From positions 62,001 through 126,000 of IMG/VR virus record IMGVR_UViG_3300032516_000001: DNA of 64,000 nucleotides. One strand, written 5' to 3'. Below the pieces are notes generated by a model. The model saw nothing but the letters and a program-made list of their open reading frames with translations. It did not search any database and was not told where the DNA came from. Every line of letters begins with the position of its first letter. Positions within the stretch are counted from its first letter, which is position 1. This document shows, in pieces, positions 28,673 through 40,498 of the stretch. The translations under genes and the position numbers were made by a program.

Positions 28673-31222
28673 TCAATAGATTGGGTTGCCTGCTTCATCA
28701 GTCAAATTTATTGCTACGACTGTGTATGAAACAGGTCCCATGTTAATTACTCGTACTGAGGCTCTATCACCACCTATCCAGTCTGCTTCCTTCTGAAGAA
28801 TACCACCTCCTGAAATGGTTAGGTTTGATAAAGATAACGGGAGTTTGCACATTTCTTTAGAGAAAAATACCTCCACAGCATCAGATCCAAACCTCATTCC
28901 ATCCACATTCCCAATAAGCCCTATTCTTGGTATTGCTGATGCTACAGATGGTCTTATAGCCAACCCGATAAATGATGATGTGAAATTAAATCCATGAAAA
29001 AAATCCGTACCAGCATATCCATAATTGGAAAATGGTGGAGGATCACCAAATAAATTATCGTGATATGTATCTTGAAGAGTACCAGAAATTGTATATATCT
29101 CCCCATTTATCATTGAATCGACATCAACAACTATTGTATCATTAATAGGGGCAGAAATCACCCTAAATCCGCGGACTCCATGCGGACCAATCCTAGCTAT
29201 ATGATCCGAACAAACTCGCCTCATATCAGATACTAAATTAGACAAAGATCCAATGTCGGTGGCATCAACCGCTTGCACGATATCGGAATCTGCACATTGC
29301 CAATGCTCAGATGAATTGAGCATATGTCTATTTAGCTTAAATTTGAAACTATTTGCTGCAATAATAATGCTGGGTAAATCAGTATGATGAGCATATTCAC
29401 CGGAAGATGCGAAATCCGAACCGTCTACATATCTATGCATAAGTGGAGGCCACGATAGGTGAAAATCATATGCTTTCACGATATTATTCAAGGCCCACAT
29501 CGATACTGGCAGTGAAGTAATGATATGAGATCTAGTTGCAATAGGTTCATCATCCACTTCAGCTTGGATAGATCCTGGAAGAACGATTTCACGATCAAAT
29601 AAAATAGATGCTGATATTTCAGGTTCAACCAAAATAGATTGTACTCGAGCCGTTCCAATACCTCGCGAACGTGCAGTAATACTACCAGTGTAATTAGCAG
29701 GAGATGTTATACTGAATCCATCTTCACTTGTTACAGTGGCCTCAAGTCGTACTGAAGGGATGTTGGATCGCATTATGAAACGTAAATCGGCGAATAACGT
29801 ATAAGGTCCACGAGTTTCAAATGCCATGTTCGGTGCACCATAACTCGCAAAAACTGCTATTTGATTTATCGGTGAGCCATATGCTGAGCTAAATGAAAGC
29901 GGATATTCGGTCAATAATACATGATTATTATATGCTAATTTTAGACCTATGTTCGGTGGATTTGGTGTATAGCCAGCGAACACACCGCAAGCAATTACTA
30001 AAATAGGATCCGTATAAGATCCGAAGACATCTCTAAAAGTCATGGTATTAATGCTATCATCATATAGATGAACCCCGGCCTGATGCAAGTGATTTATATA
30101 TTTTCTCTGTACTTCATTTACTAGATTGTAAGCAGTGGTGGCATTAGTTGCATCGGCCATCGTGATACGATTAACAGTATCCATATTGGCATGAACAAGA
30201 TCTGAAGAAATGTGCGCATTAAAATCAGCTTTGAATTCATTTACTATAGTTATTAACACTGATAAAATTGACCAACTAAAAATCGGAGAAGTTACTTCAT
30301 TAGCAGTGTCCGCTACAATATGCACCCCGCTTTGATATGCCGCCCAGTTAATTTGAGTATCAGCGTCTAATACTGGTCCATTGAAATAAACTCGTACCAC
30401 TCCCGTGTTGAAATAATCATTACTAACATCTGATACATAAGCATCAATGATTTCAAGTTGAGTCAAACTAGTATAGCTATATGGTAAAGGCGCTCGCGAT
30501 GCCAACGTTAAAGGAACAGTTCCAGTTGCAGTATTTAAAGACCAATCAGTGACTCCAATAAAATCGATAACAAATGAATTAGCCGCCGGCATGCCTCCTG
30601 GTAATTGCACACGAAAAGTCGTTTCAGGTATGCCTTCAGCAGCCCATGGTAATAAAGCCATGGCCACCCCAGGGCCGGGAATACTGGCATCTCGGATGGT
30701 GAATGTTGCCGGTACTATTGCTGATTCGGTCGTTGGACCCACAGACCGATCAAATAAGATGTCAACACATCCGCGTTCTGATTGCCAGGCACCAATAACC
30801 ATTGGCGGGTCTATCACATTAGCATCAAAATTTTTAGCTCCCGATATGATCTCTTCTCCTAAAATACTAAGCACGCCGGCCGTGCCCAAAGAATATGATG
30901 TTCCTGTAGTTAATGGTTGAGCTAAATTCAATACTACGGACCAATGATCAGCATCGTAAAAATCAACTGAATTAATAGTCGGTATTATGGCTATAGGTGG
31001 AGCTGGTGGTACTGTAGGAACAGTCAATGTTAAGATATAATTTACAGGATTGAGAGCTGTATCTGTCAATTCATCATTGTAATAAACACGAACTCTTTTG
31101 GAAGATATTTGATGAACATTAAAATCAAATGTTCCTGGACCAGATGATAAAAATACCGCTCCAGGTACGATTCTGCCAAATCTAGAGCTTGGTAGCCCCA
31201 ATCTCCCGGTTAAAGCAACCAT
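28673..31222 (-). CDS. virion structural protein with Ig-like domains and His-pair repeats
   Basis: VRVYY/VDILFDR/VRVYFN/VEVFFS Ig-like strands; two clusters of the same His repeat as 23250..28652. Confidence 0.7.
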   Translation of the reverse strand: MVALTGRLGLPSSRFGRIVPGAVFLSSGPGTFDFNVHQISSKRVRVYYNDELTDTALNPVNYILTLTVPTVPPAPPIAIIPTINSVDFYDADHWSVVLNLAQPLTTGTSYSLGTAGVLSILGEEIISGAKNFDANVIDPPMVIGAWQSERGCVDILFDRSVGPTTESAIVPATFTIRDASIPGPGVAMALLPWAAEGIPETTFRVQLPGGMPAANSFVIDFIGVTDWSLNTATGTVPLTLASRAPLPYSYTSLTQLEIIDAYVSDVSNDYFNTGVVRVYFNGPVLDADTQINWAAYQSGVHIVADTANEVTSPIFSWSILSVLITIVNEFKADFNAHISSDLVHANMDTVNRITMADATNATTAYNLVNEVQRKYINHLHQAGVHLYDDSINTMTFRDVFGSYTDPILVIACGVFAGYTPNPPNIGLKLAYNNHVLLTEYPLSFSSAYGSPINQIAVFASYGAPNMAFETRGPYTLFADLRFIMRSNIPSVRLEATVTSEDGFSITSPANYTGSITARSRGIGTARVQSILVEPEISASILFDREIVLPGSIQAEVDDEPIATRSHIITSLPVSMWALNNIVKAYDFHLSWPPLMHRYVDGSDFASSGEYAHHTDLPSIIIAANSFKFKLNRHMLNSSEHWQCADSDIVQAVDATDIGSLSNLVSDMRRVCSDHIARIGPHGVRGFRVISAPINDTIVVDVDSMINGEIYTISGTLQDTYHDNLFGDPPPFSNYGYAGTDFFHGFNFTSSFIGLAIRPSVASAIPRIGLIGNVDGMRFGSDAVEVFFSKEMCKLPLSLSNLTISGGGILQKEADWIGGDRASVRVINMGPVSYTVVAINLTDEAGNPIY

Positions 31223-34200
31223 TAGTCGTGGTAAATCTCCAGACGGGCCATATAAACCACTACCGCATCTGAGCCGGTGGGACCAGTGGCTGAACTACCA
31301 AGACTGACCTGAACCTCATAATCTTGTTCCCCAGCGAAAGTCAAATCCGGTGACTTTATATACGTAGGAACACTACTAGTTGTAGCTAGTATCGAATTAC
31401 TAACAAATGTTCCAACCCCGACATCATAGAGCCGAGCGGATCCAGTCAATCCCGACGAAGACCCGAAGTATGCGGCGAATTGAAGATGTTGATTACCTCC
31501 AGTTGGGACCGTCGGTCTATAGTCTGCAGGATCAAATCGAAGAGCACCAACAGTTATATATCCGGTAGCAGAAGAAGACTGCGGGCCGGCAACCCCTATG
31601 ACATAGTGCTTTCTAGCAATTGTTTGTATTATATATCCGGTAAATCCGCCACTAGGACCTGTATACCCAGGAAGTATAATCCCCTTCAGTCCATCAATAG
31701 CTCCCTGTACATTAGTAAAACCAAACGCGGGAAGTGTATCGACAGCTGAAATCAGATCAGCAGAATCGCCCCCAGATGGACCAGTCGCCCCAGTTACTCC
31801 ATCGATTCCTGTTGCGCCTTGGACCCCCGTAGCGCCTTGTGGTCCTGTCGCACCAGTTGCTCCGTCAGGACCAGTGGCTCCAGTTACCCCGCCAATCCCA
31901 GTAGCGCCTTGTGGCCCTGTAGCACCCGTCTCACCTTGTGGTCCTGTTGGTCCAGTAGCTCCTGTTACGCCATCAACGCCTGTCGCGCCTTGTGGACCTG
32001 TCGAGCCCTGCGGACCCGTCGCTCCAGTTACTCCTCGTGGTCCAACCAATTCGGAAGATATCGCTGATTGAAGAATCGAAGGGGAATCGCTAACGATATC
32101 CCCGGACTCCATATTTGTCATGCCGCCGTTATAACCTGACGGACCACTATCCTTTATAGTTGGATATGTATCGCCATCGCCCATTCTCCACCAGGCGACC
32201 AAATTTGGCGGAGCATCGGCTCTATTTACTGCTTTGCCAGTAGCAAGCCACGTTACTTCCGTGCTAGTCAGTACTCTATTATAAACAGTTATTTCGTCAA
32301 GATTGCCTGGGAATGGTGCATAACCCATGCCTGGCACTGCTCCTGCAATCGTAGCACTGGCTGTATTTAATATACTTTGAGTTAGATTACTTTGAATAGT
32401 AAGTATCCCAGTTATAGATCCGTCTATGTAGAATTTAACACCACTAGCGAGTGAAGTCCCCGCGTAGGTGACAACACAATGATGCCAAGTTCCACTGTTT
32501 AAAACTGACACATTATCAGTTACGTATAATTGGCTATTATCGGCCCCGTTCAAAAAAAGAAAAAAGCATCCACTTCGATTACCAACCGCATAACCCGGAT
32601 AGTAAGTGGGCCCATTCTGCATCTTTGCAAAAAATCCATAAGAGTAATTGGTGGTTTTAACCCATAGAGATATAGAGAACGAATCCGTGCGCTCAAAATT
32701 GAGCACATTACCTAGAACCACATATTCATCAGTACCGCCAAAGAGAATGGATTTTTCAGAATTTCCCGCAACGCCCTTCGCACCTGTAGGACCAGTTACG
32801 CCAGTGGATCCTGCCGGTCCTGTGGCACCTCGCGGTCCAGTTGGACCAGTCGCTCCAGTAACACCCTGGGAACCGGTAACGCCTTGCGGGCCTGTTGGTC
32901 CAGTGGCTCCAGTTACTCCGTTGATTCCTGTAGCACCTTGCGGGCCTGTTGGTCCAGTCGCTCCGGTTATTCCATCAATACCCGTAACGCCTTGTGGTCC
33001 AGTGGCTCCTGTCTCCCCCGCGGGTCCTGTTGGTCCAGTGACGCCGGTAACTCCGTCAACACCTGTGGCGCCTTGTGGTCCTGTCGGCCCCGTGGCCCCG
33101 GTAACTCCATCAACGCCTGTTACGCCTTGCGGCCCCGTCGCACCTTGCGGGCCTGTGACACCTGTGACACCGCCGATTCCAGTAGCACCTTGTGGTCCTG
33201 TTACACCTTGTAAACCCGTTGCGCCTTGTGATCCTGTTGGTCCTGTAGCCCCGGTTATTCCATCAATACCCGTAACGCCTTGTGGTCCAGTGGCTCCAGT
33301 TACTCCTGGAGATCCTTGTGGGCCGGTAGACCCAGTTACTCCGTCAACCCCGTTAATTCCTGTCGGTCCAGCAGGACCCGTAGCCCCAGCAGGACCCGTA
33401 GCCCCAGCAGGACCCGTTGGACCAGCAGGACCCGTTGGACCAGCAGAACCCGTTGGACCAGCAGAACCCGTTACTCCGTCAACCCCGTTAATTCCTGTAG
33501 CGCCTTGTGACCCTGTGGCTCCTATCCCCCCCGTGGGTCCTGTTGGTCCAGTAACGCCGGTAATGCCATCAATTCCTGTAGCACCCTGTGGTCCAGTGGC
33601 TCCGGTTGCTCCATTAGGACCTGTTGGACCAATAGCTCCTGTGGCACCACCAGGTCCGGTCGCCCCGGTTACTCCGTCAATTCCTGTGGCCCCCTGTGGA
33701 CCCGTAGGACCTGTAGCACCAGTTGCTCCATCAGGACCCGTAGGACCTGTGATTCCTGGAGATCCCTGAGGACCAGTAACACCAGTTGCTCCATCAGAAC
33801 CAGCGGCTCCAGTGACTCCTGGAGATCCCTGTGGGCCAGTAGCCCCCTCTGGGCCAGTAGTTCCTGTGACCCCGGGTGATCCTTGCGGTCCTGTAGCTCC
33901 AGTAATTCCATCAGAACCTGTAGCACCTGTAACACCATTAGACCCCGTCGCGCCTTGTGGTCCTGTCGCTCCAGTGACTCCTGGTAAGCCTTGTGGTCCT
34001 GTCGCTCCAGTAACACCGTCCGGCCCTGTTGGTCCACCATAAGGACCCGTTGCGCCCTGCGGACCAGTAGCTCCGATTACTCCCGGCTCTCCTTGCGGAC
34101 CAGTAGCTCCGATTGGACCTGTTGGACCAGGTGAACCCTGTGGACCCTGAGGACCAGTTGGTCCACCATAGGGTCCCGTAGCACCGACGGGACCTGTTTC

Positions 34201-36132
34201 TCCTTGCGGGCCGGTCGGACCTGTTGCCCCATCTGGACCTGTAACTCCAGTGACTCCAGGACTACCCTGTGGGCCAGTAGCTCCAGTGACGCCAGTAACT
34301 CCATCGATTCCAGTTGCTCCGATAGGGCCTGTTGCTCCTACTGGTCCAGTTGCACCTGTAACTCCATCAACACCAGTGGCTCCGATAGGACCGGTAGATC
34401 CAGTTACGCCATCGATACCGGTAGCGCCCTGTGGGCCAGTCGATCCCGTGACTCCATCGATACCGGTCGCGCCAATTGGCCCTGTCGGTCCAGTCGCACC
34501 TGTGACGCCATCGATCCCTTGAACACCAGTGGCGCCTATTGGGCCAGTCGCTCCTGTAACGCCATCAATTCCTGTGGCACCTTGTGGTCCTGTCGATCCT
34601 GTAACTCCATCTATACCAGTCGCGCCAATCGGCCCGGTTGGACCAGTAGCTCCTGTAACTCCATCGATTCCTTGAACCCCGGTCTCGCCTTGAGGACCGG
34701 TCCAACCCGTCTCACCAGCTGGTCCCGTTGGTCCAGTAGCGCCTGTAACACCGTCTATACCAGTTGCTCCTTGAACACCAGCCCCTGTAGCACCTGCCGG
34801 TCCCGTCGCTCCGGTAACACCAGCTATTCCTGTAGCACCTTCAGCACCGGCAGGTCCTGTGGGTCCCATTGGGCCTTCCGGACCAGTAGGACCTATTGGC
34901 CCGGTAACTCCATCAGGACCTGCCGCTCCTTGTGGTCCTGTAACGCCTGTAACGCCAGTATAGCCTGCTGGTCCTGTCGGTCCGGGCGCGCCTGTAACAC
35001 CGTCCGCGCCTGTTGCGCCTTGGATCCCATCGGGTCCGGTTGCTCCTGTAACTCCGTCGTTACCTGGTAACCCTTGGACGCCGGTTTCACCTTGTATACC
35101 TGTGACACCATCTGGTCCCGTTGCACCTGTAATGCCTGGTGATCCTTGGGGACCAGTTGCTCCTGTTACACCAGGACCCCCCTGCGGACCTGTTGAACCA
35201 GTAACACCTTGTGGTCCTGTAGCGCCGGTTCCCCCTTTCGGTCCCGTTGATCCGAAAATTCCTTGTGAACCTGTGGCCCCACGCGGCCCGGTTGATCCTG
35301 TGACACCGGTTGCACCTTGGGGGCCTGTAACTCCTATACCCGTAGCCCCTTGCGGGCCAGTTCCACCTTGTGGGCCAGCAGGACCAGTAACCCCCTGCGG
35401 TCCCGTAGAACCAGTAACCCCCTGCGGTCCTGGAGGACCACCAAATGGTCCAGTAGCTCCTGTAATCCCATCTGGTCCAATTGCGCCAGTTACACCAGGT
35501 GATCCCTGTGGACCGGCAGTACCAGTTGCGCCATCAGGGCCGGTGGCTCCTGTGACTCCAGGCGATCCCTGCGGTCCTGTAGCTCCGATAGTTCCATCAG
35601 GTCCCGTTGCGCCTGTAACACCTGGGGATCCTTGAACACCTTGGGGCCCCGTAGAACCAGTAACCCCCTGCGGTCCTGGAGGACCACCAAACGGTCCAGT
35701 AGCGCCTTGTGGTCCGGTGGGACCAGTAGTCCCTGTGACACCAATAGGGCCCGTTGATCCTGTAACTCCAGGAGATCCTTGTGGTCCGGTGGCTCCAGTA
35801 ATACCGGGACTACCTTGCGGTCCCACCGGACCAGTATGGCTTGAAATATCAAATGCAAATTGTGATAAACCGCCGGCAGTCAATACGTGGGTTACAATTG
35901 ATCCGAATGTATGAGCTGCGGCAAGTGTACCCTCTATATGTCTAACAATATCAAATACATTGCCGGCTACCCCGGTAACGAGCATTAACTCATTATCTAT
36001 TTTAATACGGAATTGAGGTAACGGAGGAAATAATGCAGCACTGGCAACTGTAACACTAAGAGCAACTGGACTTATACCGCCCAGTTGATCTATGGTCGTC
36101 TGTGCTGTGTTTGCGAAACGTTCGGTAGGCAT
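31222..36132 (-). CDS. giant collagen-like fibre protein with internal LamG/concanavalin A-like domain
   Basis: about 1000 aa Gly-X-Y; then FSISLWVK...WHHCVVTY...FYIDG...[12 protein letters not shown]...LVAWWRM (LamG); second collagen block; C-terminal beta domain. Confidence 0.88.
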   Translation of the reverse strand: MPTERFANTAQTTIDQLGGISPVALSVTVASAALFPPLPQFRIKIDNELMLVTGVAGNVFDIVRHIEGTLAAAHTFGSIVTHVLTAGGLSQFAFDISSHTGPVGPQGSPGITGATGPQGSPGVTGSTGPIGVTGTTGPTGPQGATGPFGGPPGPQGVTGSTGPQGVQGSPGVTGATGPDGTIGATGPQGSPGVTGATGPDGATGTAGPQGSPGVTGAIGPDGITGATGPFGGPPGPQGVTGSTGPQGVTGPAGPQGGTGPQGATGIGVTGPQGATGVTGSTGPRGATGSQGIFGSTGPKGGTGATGPQGVTGSTGPQGGPGVTGATGPQGSPGITGATGPDGVTGIQGETGVQGLPGNDGVTGATGPDGIQGATGADGVTGAPGPTGPAGYTGVTGVTGPQGAAGPDGVTGPIGPTGPEGPMGPTGPAGAEGATGIAGVTGATGPAGATGAGVQGATGIDGVTGATGPTGPAGETGWTGPQGETGVQGIDGVTGATGPTGPIGATGIDGVTGSTGPQGATGIDGVTGATGPIGATGVQGIDGVTGATGPTGPIGATGIDGVTGSTGPQGATGIDGVTGSTGPIGATGVDGVTGATGPVGATGPIGATGIDGVTGVTGATGPQGSPGVTGVTGPDGATGPTGPQGETGPVGATGPYGGPTGPQGPQGSPGPTGPIGATGPQGEPGVIGATGPQGATGPYGGPTGPDGVTGATGPQGLPGVTGATGPQGATGSNGVTGATGSDGITGATGPQGSPGVTGTTGPEGATGPQGSPGVTGAAGSDGATGVTGPQGSPGITGPTGPDGATGATGPTGPQGATGIDGVTGATGPGGATGAIGPTGPNGATGATGPQGATGIDGITGVTGPTGPTGGIGATGSQGATGINGVDGVTGSAGPTGSAGPTGPAGPTGPAGATGPAGATGPAGPTGINGVDGVTGSTGPQGSPGVTGATGPQGVTGIDGITGATGPTGSQGATGLQGVTGPQGATGIGGVTGVTGPQGATGPQGVTGVDGVTGATGPTGPQGATGVDGVTGVTGPTGPAGETGATGPQGVTGIDGITGATGPTGPQGATGINGVTGATGPTGPQGVTGSQGVTGATGPTGPRGATGPAGSTGVTGPTGAKGVAGNSEKSILFGGTDEYVVLGNVLNFERTDSFSISLWVKTTNYSYGFFAKMQNGPTYYPGYAVGNRSGCFFLFLNGADNSQLYVTDNVSVLNSGTWHHCVVTYAGTSLASGVKFYIDGSITGILTIQSNLTQSILNTASATIAGAVPGMGYAPFPGNLDEITVYNRVLTSTEVTWLATGKAVNRADAPPNLVAWWRMGDGDTYPTIKDSGPSGYNGGMTNMESGDIVSDSPSILQSAISSELVGPRGVTGATGPQGSTGPQGATGVDGVTGATGPTGPQGETGATGPQGATGIGGVTGATGPDGATGATGPQGATGVQGATGIDGVTGATGPSGGDSADLISAVDTLPAFGFTNVQGAIDGLKGIILPGYTGPSGGFTGYIIQTIARKHYVIGVAGPQSSSATGYITVGALRFDPADYRPTVPTGGNQHLQFAAYFGSSSGLTGSARLYDVGVGTFVSNSILATTSSVPTYIKSPDLTFAGEQDYEVQVSLGSSATGPTGSDAVVVYMARLEIYHD

Positions 36133-36189
36133 CTGTCTACTTCGATGATTTATGTCTATCTACGTAATGGAATAAAGACCTGAATTAAA

Positions 36190-36990
36190 TTAGAATAGGT
36201 GTATTTCACCTGTTACCGATTTTATTTTTTTGAATCCTAATGGATCCACCCCATCTATCCCCTCAACGAATTTACGAAAATCTTCATACCCATAATTAGA
36301 TAATGTCCAGTTGAAAGCATCCTTAATTTTGCTAAATTGACCTTTGGTTTCATCCTTCTGACCAATATATTCATCTCTAATGATGAACCGCAGTCTATAT
36401 AAGGTATGAGCTGGTCTAATTATATTAAGAAGGATTCTAATATTCTTCTCTGCCAATATTACGTCCGTACTGCCCGGAGAGTCTAGTATTACATCAACAG
36501 TGAATCCAAATTGATCTGATATATCAAAGAATGATCCAGATTTTCTCGCCTCTTCGAAATTTTCCTTGATGATTACCTGACCATTTACCAATAATTCAAC
36601 GACATCTTGAATTGAAGATGGGACACTACCCTTAAAATATGCATTTAGAATCTGAATAAGGAAAGCACGAAAATCTTTATCATTAAATTCTGGATCAGGA
36701 ATTTCTCCAGGGAACATCATAGATGAAATTACTTGGTACATGAATTCTGTGCGAGTATTGGTGTATGCAATGTCAGCTCTTACATCATCTAAAGCAAGAC
36801 GAATTCTAGATAACTCTATGACCATCGCTTTAATTTCACGAGTATAATTTGGACCATCAATAGTAGACTGCCAATACGAGGATAACATAGCCAAAAATAT
36901 TTTAAATTCCCGGCTTGCTTCTTGGATCAATCTGTTTTGATATTCCTCACCCTCCTCAAAAGTATTAAAGTTAATTCGAGCAAGAGCCAT
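36190..36990 (-). CDS. baseplate wedge protein, P2 gpI / Mu gp48-like
   Basis: DFRAFL..AYFKGS..SIQDVV and LLNIIRPAHTLY motifs; follows the gpJ-like gene. Confidence 0.65.
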   Translation of the reverse strand: MALARINFNTFEEGEEYQNRLIQEASREFKIFLAMLSSYWQSTIDGPNYTREIKAMVIELSRIRLALDDVRADIAYTNTRTEFMYQVISSMMFPGEIPDPEFNDKDFRAFLIQILNAYFKGSVPSSIQDVVELLVNGQVIIKENFEEARKSGSFFDISDQFGFTVDVILDSPGSTDVILAEKNIRILLNIIRPAHTLYRLRFIIRDEYIGQKDETKGQFSKIKDAFNWTLSNYGYEDFRKFVEGIDGVDPLGFKKIKSVTGEIHLF

Positions 36991-36991
36991 T

Positions 36992-39900
36992 TCACACCTT
37001 TTTGTACGTAATTGTTAAATCGCCAGGTGTCAGATATTCTATTTGAGACGTATCAACGTCCTCATACCCAGTTTCGCCATTCACTACATATGACGCTGAA
37101 AATACATGATCAGATGGAACATCGGGTGGTGTTAATCCGTAATTTAACGATACAACAACCTTATTCGCAGTTCTTCTAATTCTCTCTGTATCTATGTCGT
37201 CCTGAGTGATAAATATTGGAGCTAATGTAGCGTCATCAGAGTATCCATCTATAATTGCCCCGTCTTTACCTATGATCCAAGATCGATTAAGACCATTACC
37301 AATATCTGATAGAGAACTCGCCATTTCTATTTGCAATTCATCCATAAATATACCGTGATGCATGTTATCAGGGCCGCCACCATCCATAGTATTAAATGGT
37401 AATGACTGAGTTAATAAATAAACAGCATTAACAGATTTGCTGAGCGACTGAATAAATTCATAATCGGACGATAAAACCTTATCTCTGATTCGTAATGCCC
37501 CGTCTTTAAGTGAACATTTGGAAAATGGTTGGACAACAAAATCAACGCCGCTCGTGTTATCTATGGTGGCAATAACATCTGACACATGTATGGATCCCCC
37601 AATACCCTTAGAATCAGTCAAAATCGTATATGCTGTTCTAACATTTTGATCTACAGTCGCCTGGTCTTGGTTGGGTTTAAGCTGTACAATAGCCTCAACT
37701 GACATCGGATTTTCAAGAGCTTGCTTAACTAAAGCATCAGCTGTTGTGTGCTTCTGAGCACCAATTCTTGTTTGAAGTTGTTGTAATACGTCATTAATGA
37801 CATACACTATAGTGAAATTCTCATCATGTTGATAATCAACTGATATTGTGGAACCTGTCGGAATATTAGAAGATGTTGTCCTAATTATTTTCACCGGGGT
37901 AGTCTGAGTTCCCGCAATGACTAAATAATCAGGATTCGGGTCATTTGGCCCGTTATACTCTAGCGTTCTATTTTCATCATATATAACTAATGTAAAAGTA
38001 TTGATACCAACAGAGTTAAGTGACTCTTCATATTGTCCTATGACAACATGCTTTTCATCATTAATTTGAATAGAATCACCAGATGGTATTCCATCAACCT
38101 GATTAATAGCAACATAATTACTAGCTCGAGTGCTTTCTCCTTCAAGTAATGGATCTTCAGTTTTATACAAACTGAATCCAGATGCTGGGTTGAGAGTACC
38201 TGATACTTCACCAGTCACAGACGTAATTCTAATGATTGGTTGCTTACTCGCTACAAATTCATTATTACTTCTAAATCTATAATCACCTTCCACGAAGTCA
38301 TCTAACATTGTGGTGGGCTGAGGCAGTATTGTATTTAATTGAATAGTTTGATAATCAACAACTGTCACTCCAGTCAGATCATATGATGCTGTTGGCGTTA
38401 TCGAATGGTTCCTGAATCCATAACCACTATTTGGATCATCCAGCATTTCAGAAATCGGATTAGACTCAGTTAACCTCGAGTCTCTAGCCCTGAATACTAA
38501 ATTGATTGGATCGATAACATCAAATCTAACATTTTTAGCAACTTTGAATTGGAATGCGAATGATTCTGAAATAGTCCTCTCCATTGTGCCTTTAACATAT
38601 ATATCAACTTTCCCACCAATATGCTTTTTACGCACATCATCGTAATCCCGCATCATATCGGAATTACCAGATTCAACAATTCTAGTTTCTAATAGTCCAG
38701 GAGTACCAACAGCCGTTCTCTTATATCCACCAGTAGTTCCAGTGTCTAATGAATAAAGAGTTCTCGATGCATTCTCAGCTAATTCCAGATTGCTTTGAGT
38801 ATCCCGTCCAAAATCGGAAGCTACTTCATTTATTGTTTGAAAACCGTCGGCTCCGGATACCACAGAATCTAATGTTTCGGCAGACAAATTCCCAATCGAG
38901 CCTGCAACATCAGCTACCATCTGAACCCTAACTTCGTATCTCTTAGTTTCTGGATTATAAAATGATGCTGCATTTTGTAATGGCATGGTGGCGGCACCCA
39001 TGGATTTAAATCTTGGAGCAGTAGAATTAGAAGACGATGAAACTATGGCTCCTTGTGCAATAATGAGGTTTTTTACTGGAGTAGTAGTTGTATAGAATGT
39101 TTGATATACAATCGCAGAACGTCTACCAAGACGAGGAACACCGAAGTTACCCGCTAAAGATGTGAATGCTCCATCGACTAGTGACTGGACAGCAGAATCA
39201 CTACTAAGGCTCAATGCGGAACGCAACGATTGTTTGTATGCCGAATTTGCTACAGGGATACTGGTTCCAGTTCTTCCCGGATCATCAATTTGTAGCAATG
39301 CTTCAAAAGATTTAGCTCGATGAACAAAATCCATCAAGAAATATGCTTTTTGAATTTCATTCGCAAATGGTTCGATATGGACTTCCCTGACAGTCGAAGC
39401 AGGGATCAATGCTAAAGTCGGCTGTGCTCTTTGCACTTCATCAATGTAGTCTTGAACAACGAGAGCTTGTTCTCTAATTCTAACTCCTCGAATCGTAGTA
39501 TCAATCGGTAATGGAGATCCTGATACTTCTTGAGAATATCTACTTTCAGTTAATTGTCCGGTTGCTTTATTAAAATAAACGGTTGTTACGACATAAAATA
39601 ATGGAGCAGTTCTATCAACTACACCAAAGGTTTCAGAATTCTGAATGCCATTATCAATTCCGTCATCCCTATTATGACTGAATGTATAAAAATTATTAGT
39701 TAATAGACTACTAACACTAACATTTAATTTGAAATTTGATATTCCGATCAGATCATACGTGGTTATGGAAGAATATTGAGATGTAACCGTTGGATCCAAT
39801 TCACCAGTATCTGTTGGTTGTAATCGAGATGATATAACCAACAAGTTTGTTTGTTGGTTGTTTGGATTTCCTGGTGTTCCAGGAACCGGATTTTGTAGAT

Positions 39901-40471
39901 TGTATGAAACCGCATCCCCAATTGGAAATTCTTCAACGACTGTTTTGGTCGGAGATGCGAATGGGACAGTATCTCTATTAACTCTTAAATACCCACTTTC
40001 TGAGCCACCTTGTCCAGTAGAAGCATATATATTATATCCGGTAACCGTAGTTTGAGAATAATCAGACCAAGATAATTCTATAGAAGATGCATTTCTCTGC
40101 AAGTTTATGCCAGTTGGTGGAGAGATGTATGTTTGAGTTTCAACAGAAGAAATGACATTTGCATTGATAGTAGAAATTGCACTATAGGATCCGGATATAT
40201 CCACAGCCCTCAATAATATTGTGTTTTGCCCTTTTTCTAATTCAAGCCCATTTGGATAAGAGGAAGGGTTTGGAATAGTAAAATTGGGAGGAGATACCAA
40301 CACCAAAGCTGGATCAGATACGAATCCGGCTCCATTGATATTTATTTGGACATCAATTGTATTTGGGTCGATTGTCCCCGTGAATACAAGTCCAGATAAA
40401 TTGGTAGTGATGGTCAGTGCAGAAGTAGTACCTGAACCATCGAAATAATTGATTTGTGGAGCCTGTGCCAT
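36992..40471 (-). CDS. baseplate wedge protein, P2 gpJ / T4 gp6-like, with N-terminal Ig/FN3 domains (start probably MAQAPQ at 40471)
   Basis: LAGNFGVPR, AGSIGN, GRDTQSNLELA, GGKVDIYV, IGGSIHVSDVI..I....GVDFV pattern of baseplate J family. Confidence 0.75.
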   Translation of the reverse strand: MAQAPQINYFDGSGTTSALTITTNLSGLVFTGTIDPNTIDVQININGAGFVSDPALVLVSPPNFTIPNPSSYPNGLELEKGQNTILLRAVDISGSYSAISTINANVISSVETQTYISPPTGINLQRNASSIELSWSDYSQTTVTGYNIYASTGQGGSESGYLRVNRDTVPFASPTKTVVEEFPIGDAVSYNLQNPVPGTPGNPNNQQTNLLVISSRLQPTDTGELDPTVTSQYSSITTYDLIGISNFKLNVSVSSLLTNNFYTFSHNRDDGIDNGIQNSETFGVVDRTAPLFYVVTTVYFNKATGQLTESRYSQEVSGSPLPIDTTIRGVRIREQALVVQDYIDEVQRAQPTLALIPASTVREVHIEPFANEIQKAYFLMDFVHRAKSFEALLQIDDPGRTGTSIPVANSAYKQSLRSALSLSSDSAVQSLVDGAFTSLAGNFGVPRLGRRSAIVYQTFYTTTTPVKNLIIAQGAIVSSSSNSTAPRFKSMGAATMPLQNAASFYNPETKRYEVRVQMVADVAGSIGNLSAETLDSVVSGADGFQTINEVASDFGRDTQSNLELAENASRTLYSLDTGTTGGYKRTAVGTPGLLETRIVESGNSDMMRDYDDVRKKHIGGKVDIYVKGTMERTISESFAFQFKVAKNVRFDVIDPINLVFRARDSRLTESNPISEMLDDPNSGYGFRNHSITPTASYDLTGVTVVDYQTIQLNTILPQPTTMLDDFVEGDYRFRSNNEFVASKQPIIRITSVTGEVSGTLNPASGFSLYKTEDPLLEGESTRASNYVAINQVDGIPSGDSIQINDEKHVVIGQYEESLNSVGINTFTLVIYDENRTLEYNGPNDPNPDYLVIAGTQTTPVKIIRTTSSNIPTGSTISVDYQHDENFTIVYVINDVLQQLQTRIGAQKHTTADALVKQALENPMSVEAIVQLKPNQDQATVDQNVRTAYTILTDSKGIGGSIHVSDVIATIDNTSGVDFVVQPFSKCSLKDGALRIRDKVLSSDYEFIQSLSKSVNAVYLLTQSLPFNTMDGGGPDNMHHGIFMDELQIEMASSLSDIGNGLNRSWIIGKDGAIIDGYSDDATLAPIFITQDDIDTERIRRTANKVVVSLNYGLTPPDVPSDHVFSASYVVNGETGYEDVDTSQIEYLTPGDLTITYKKV

Positions 40472-40498
40472 CTGATACAATACGACAATAAGCTCTTA

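Noticed and set aside
16700-35830. Repetitive DNA as possible CRISPR array or DGR template/variable repeat
   Set aside because: Repeats are codon-phased collagen units with no unique spacers or adenine-specific mismatches; no reverse transcriptase or cas gene in the window
31819-35914. Many plus-strand and alternate-frame ORFs (PVAPCGPV...) over the giant collagen gene, also at 16659-17186
   Set aside because: Shadow frames of GC-rich Gly-X-Y repeats that lack stops; no independent coding signal
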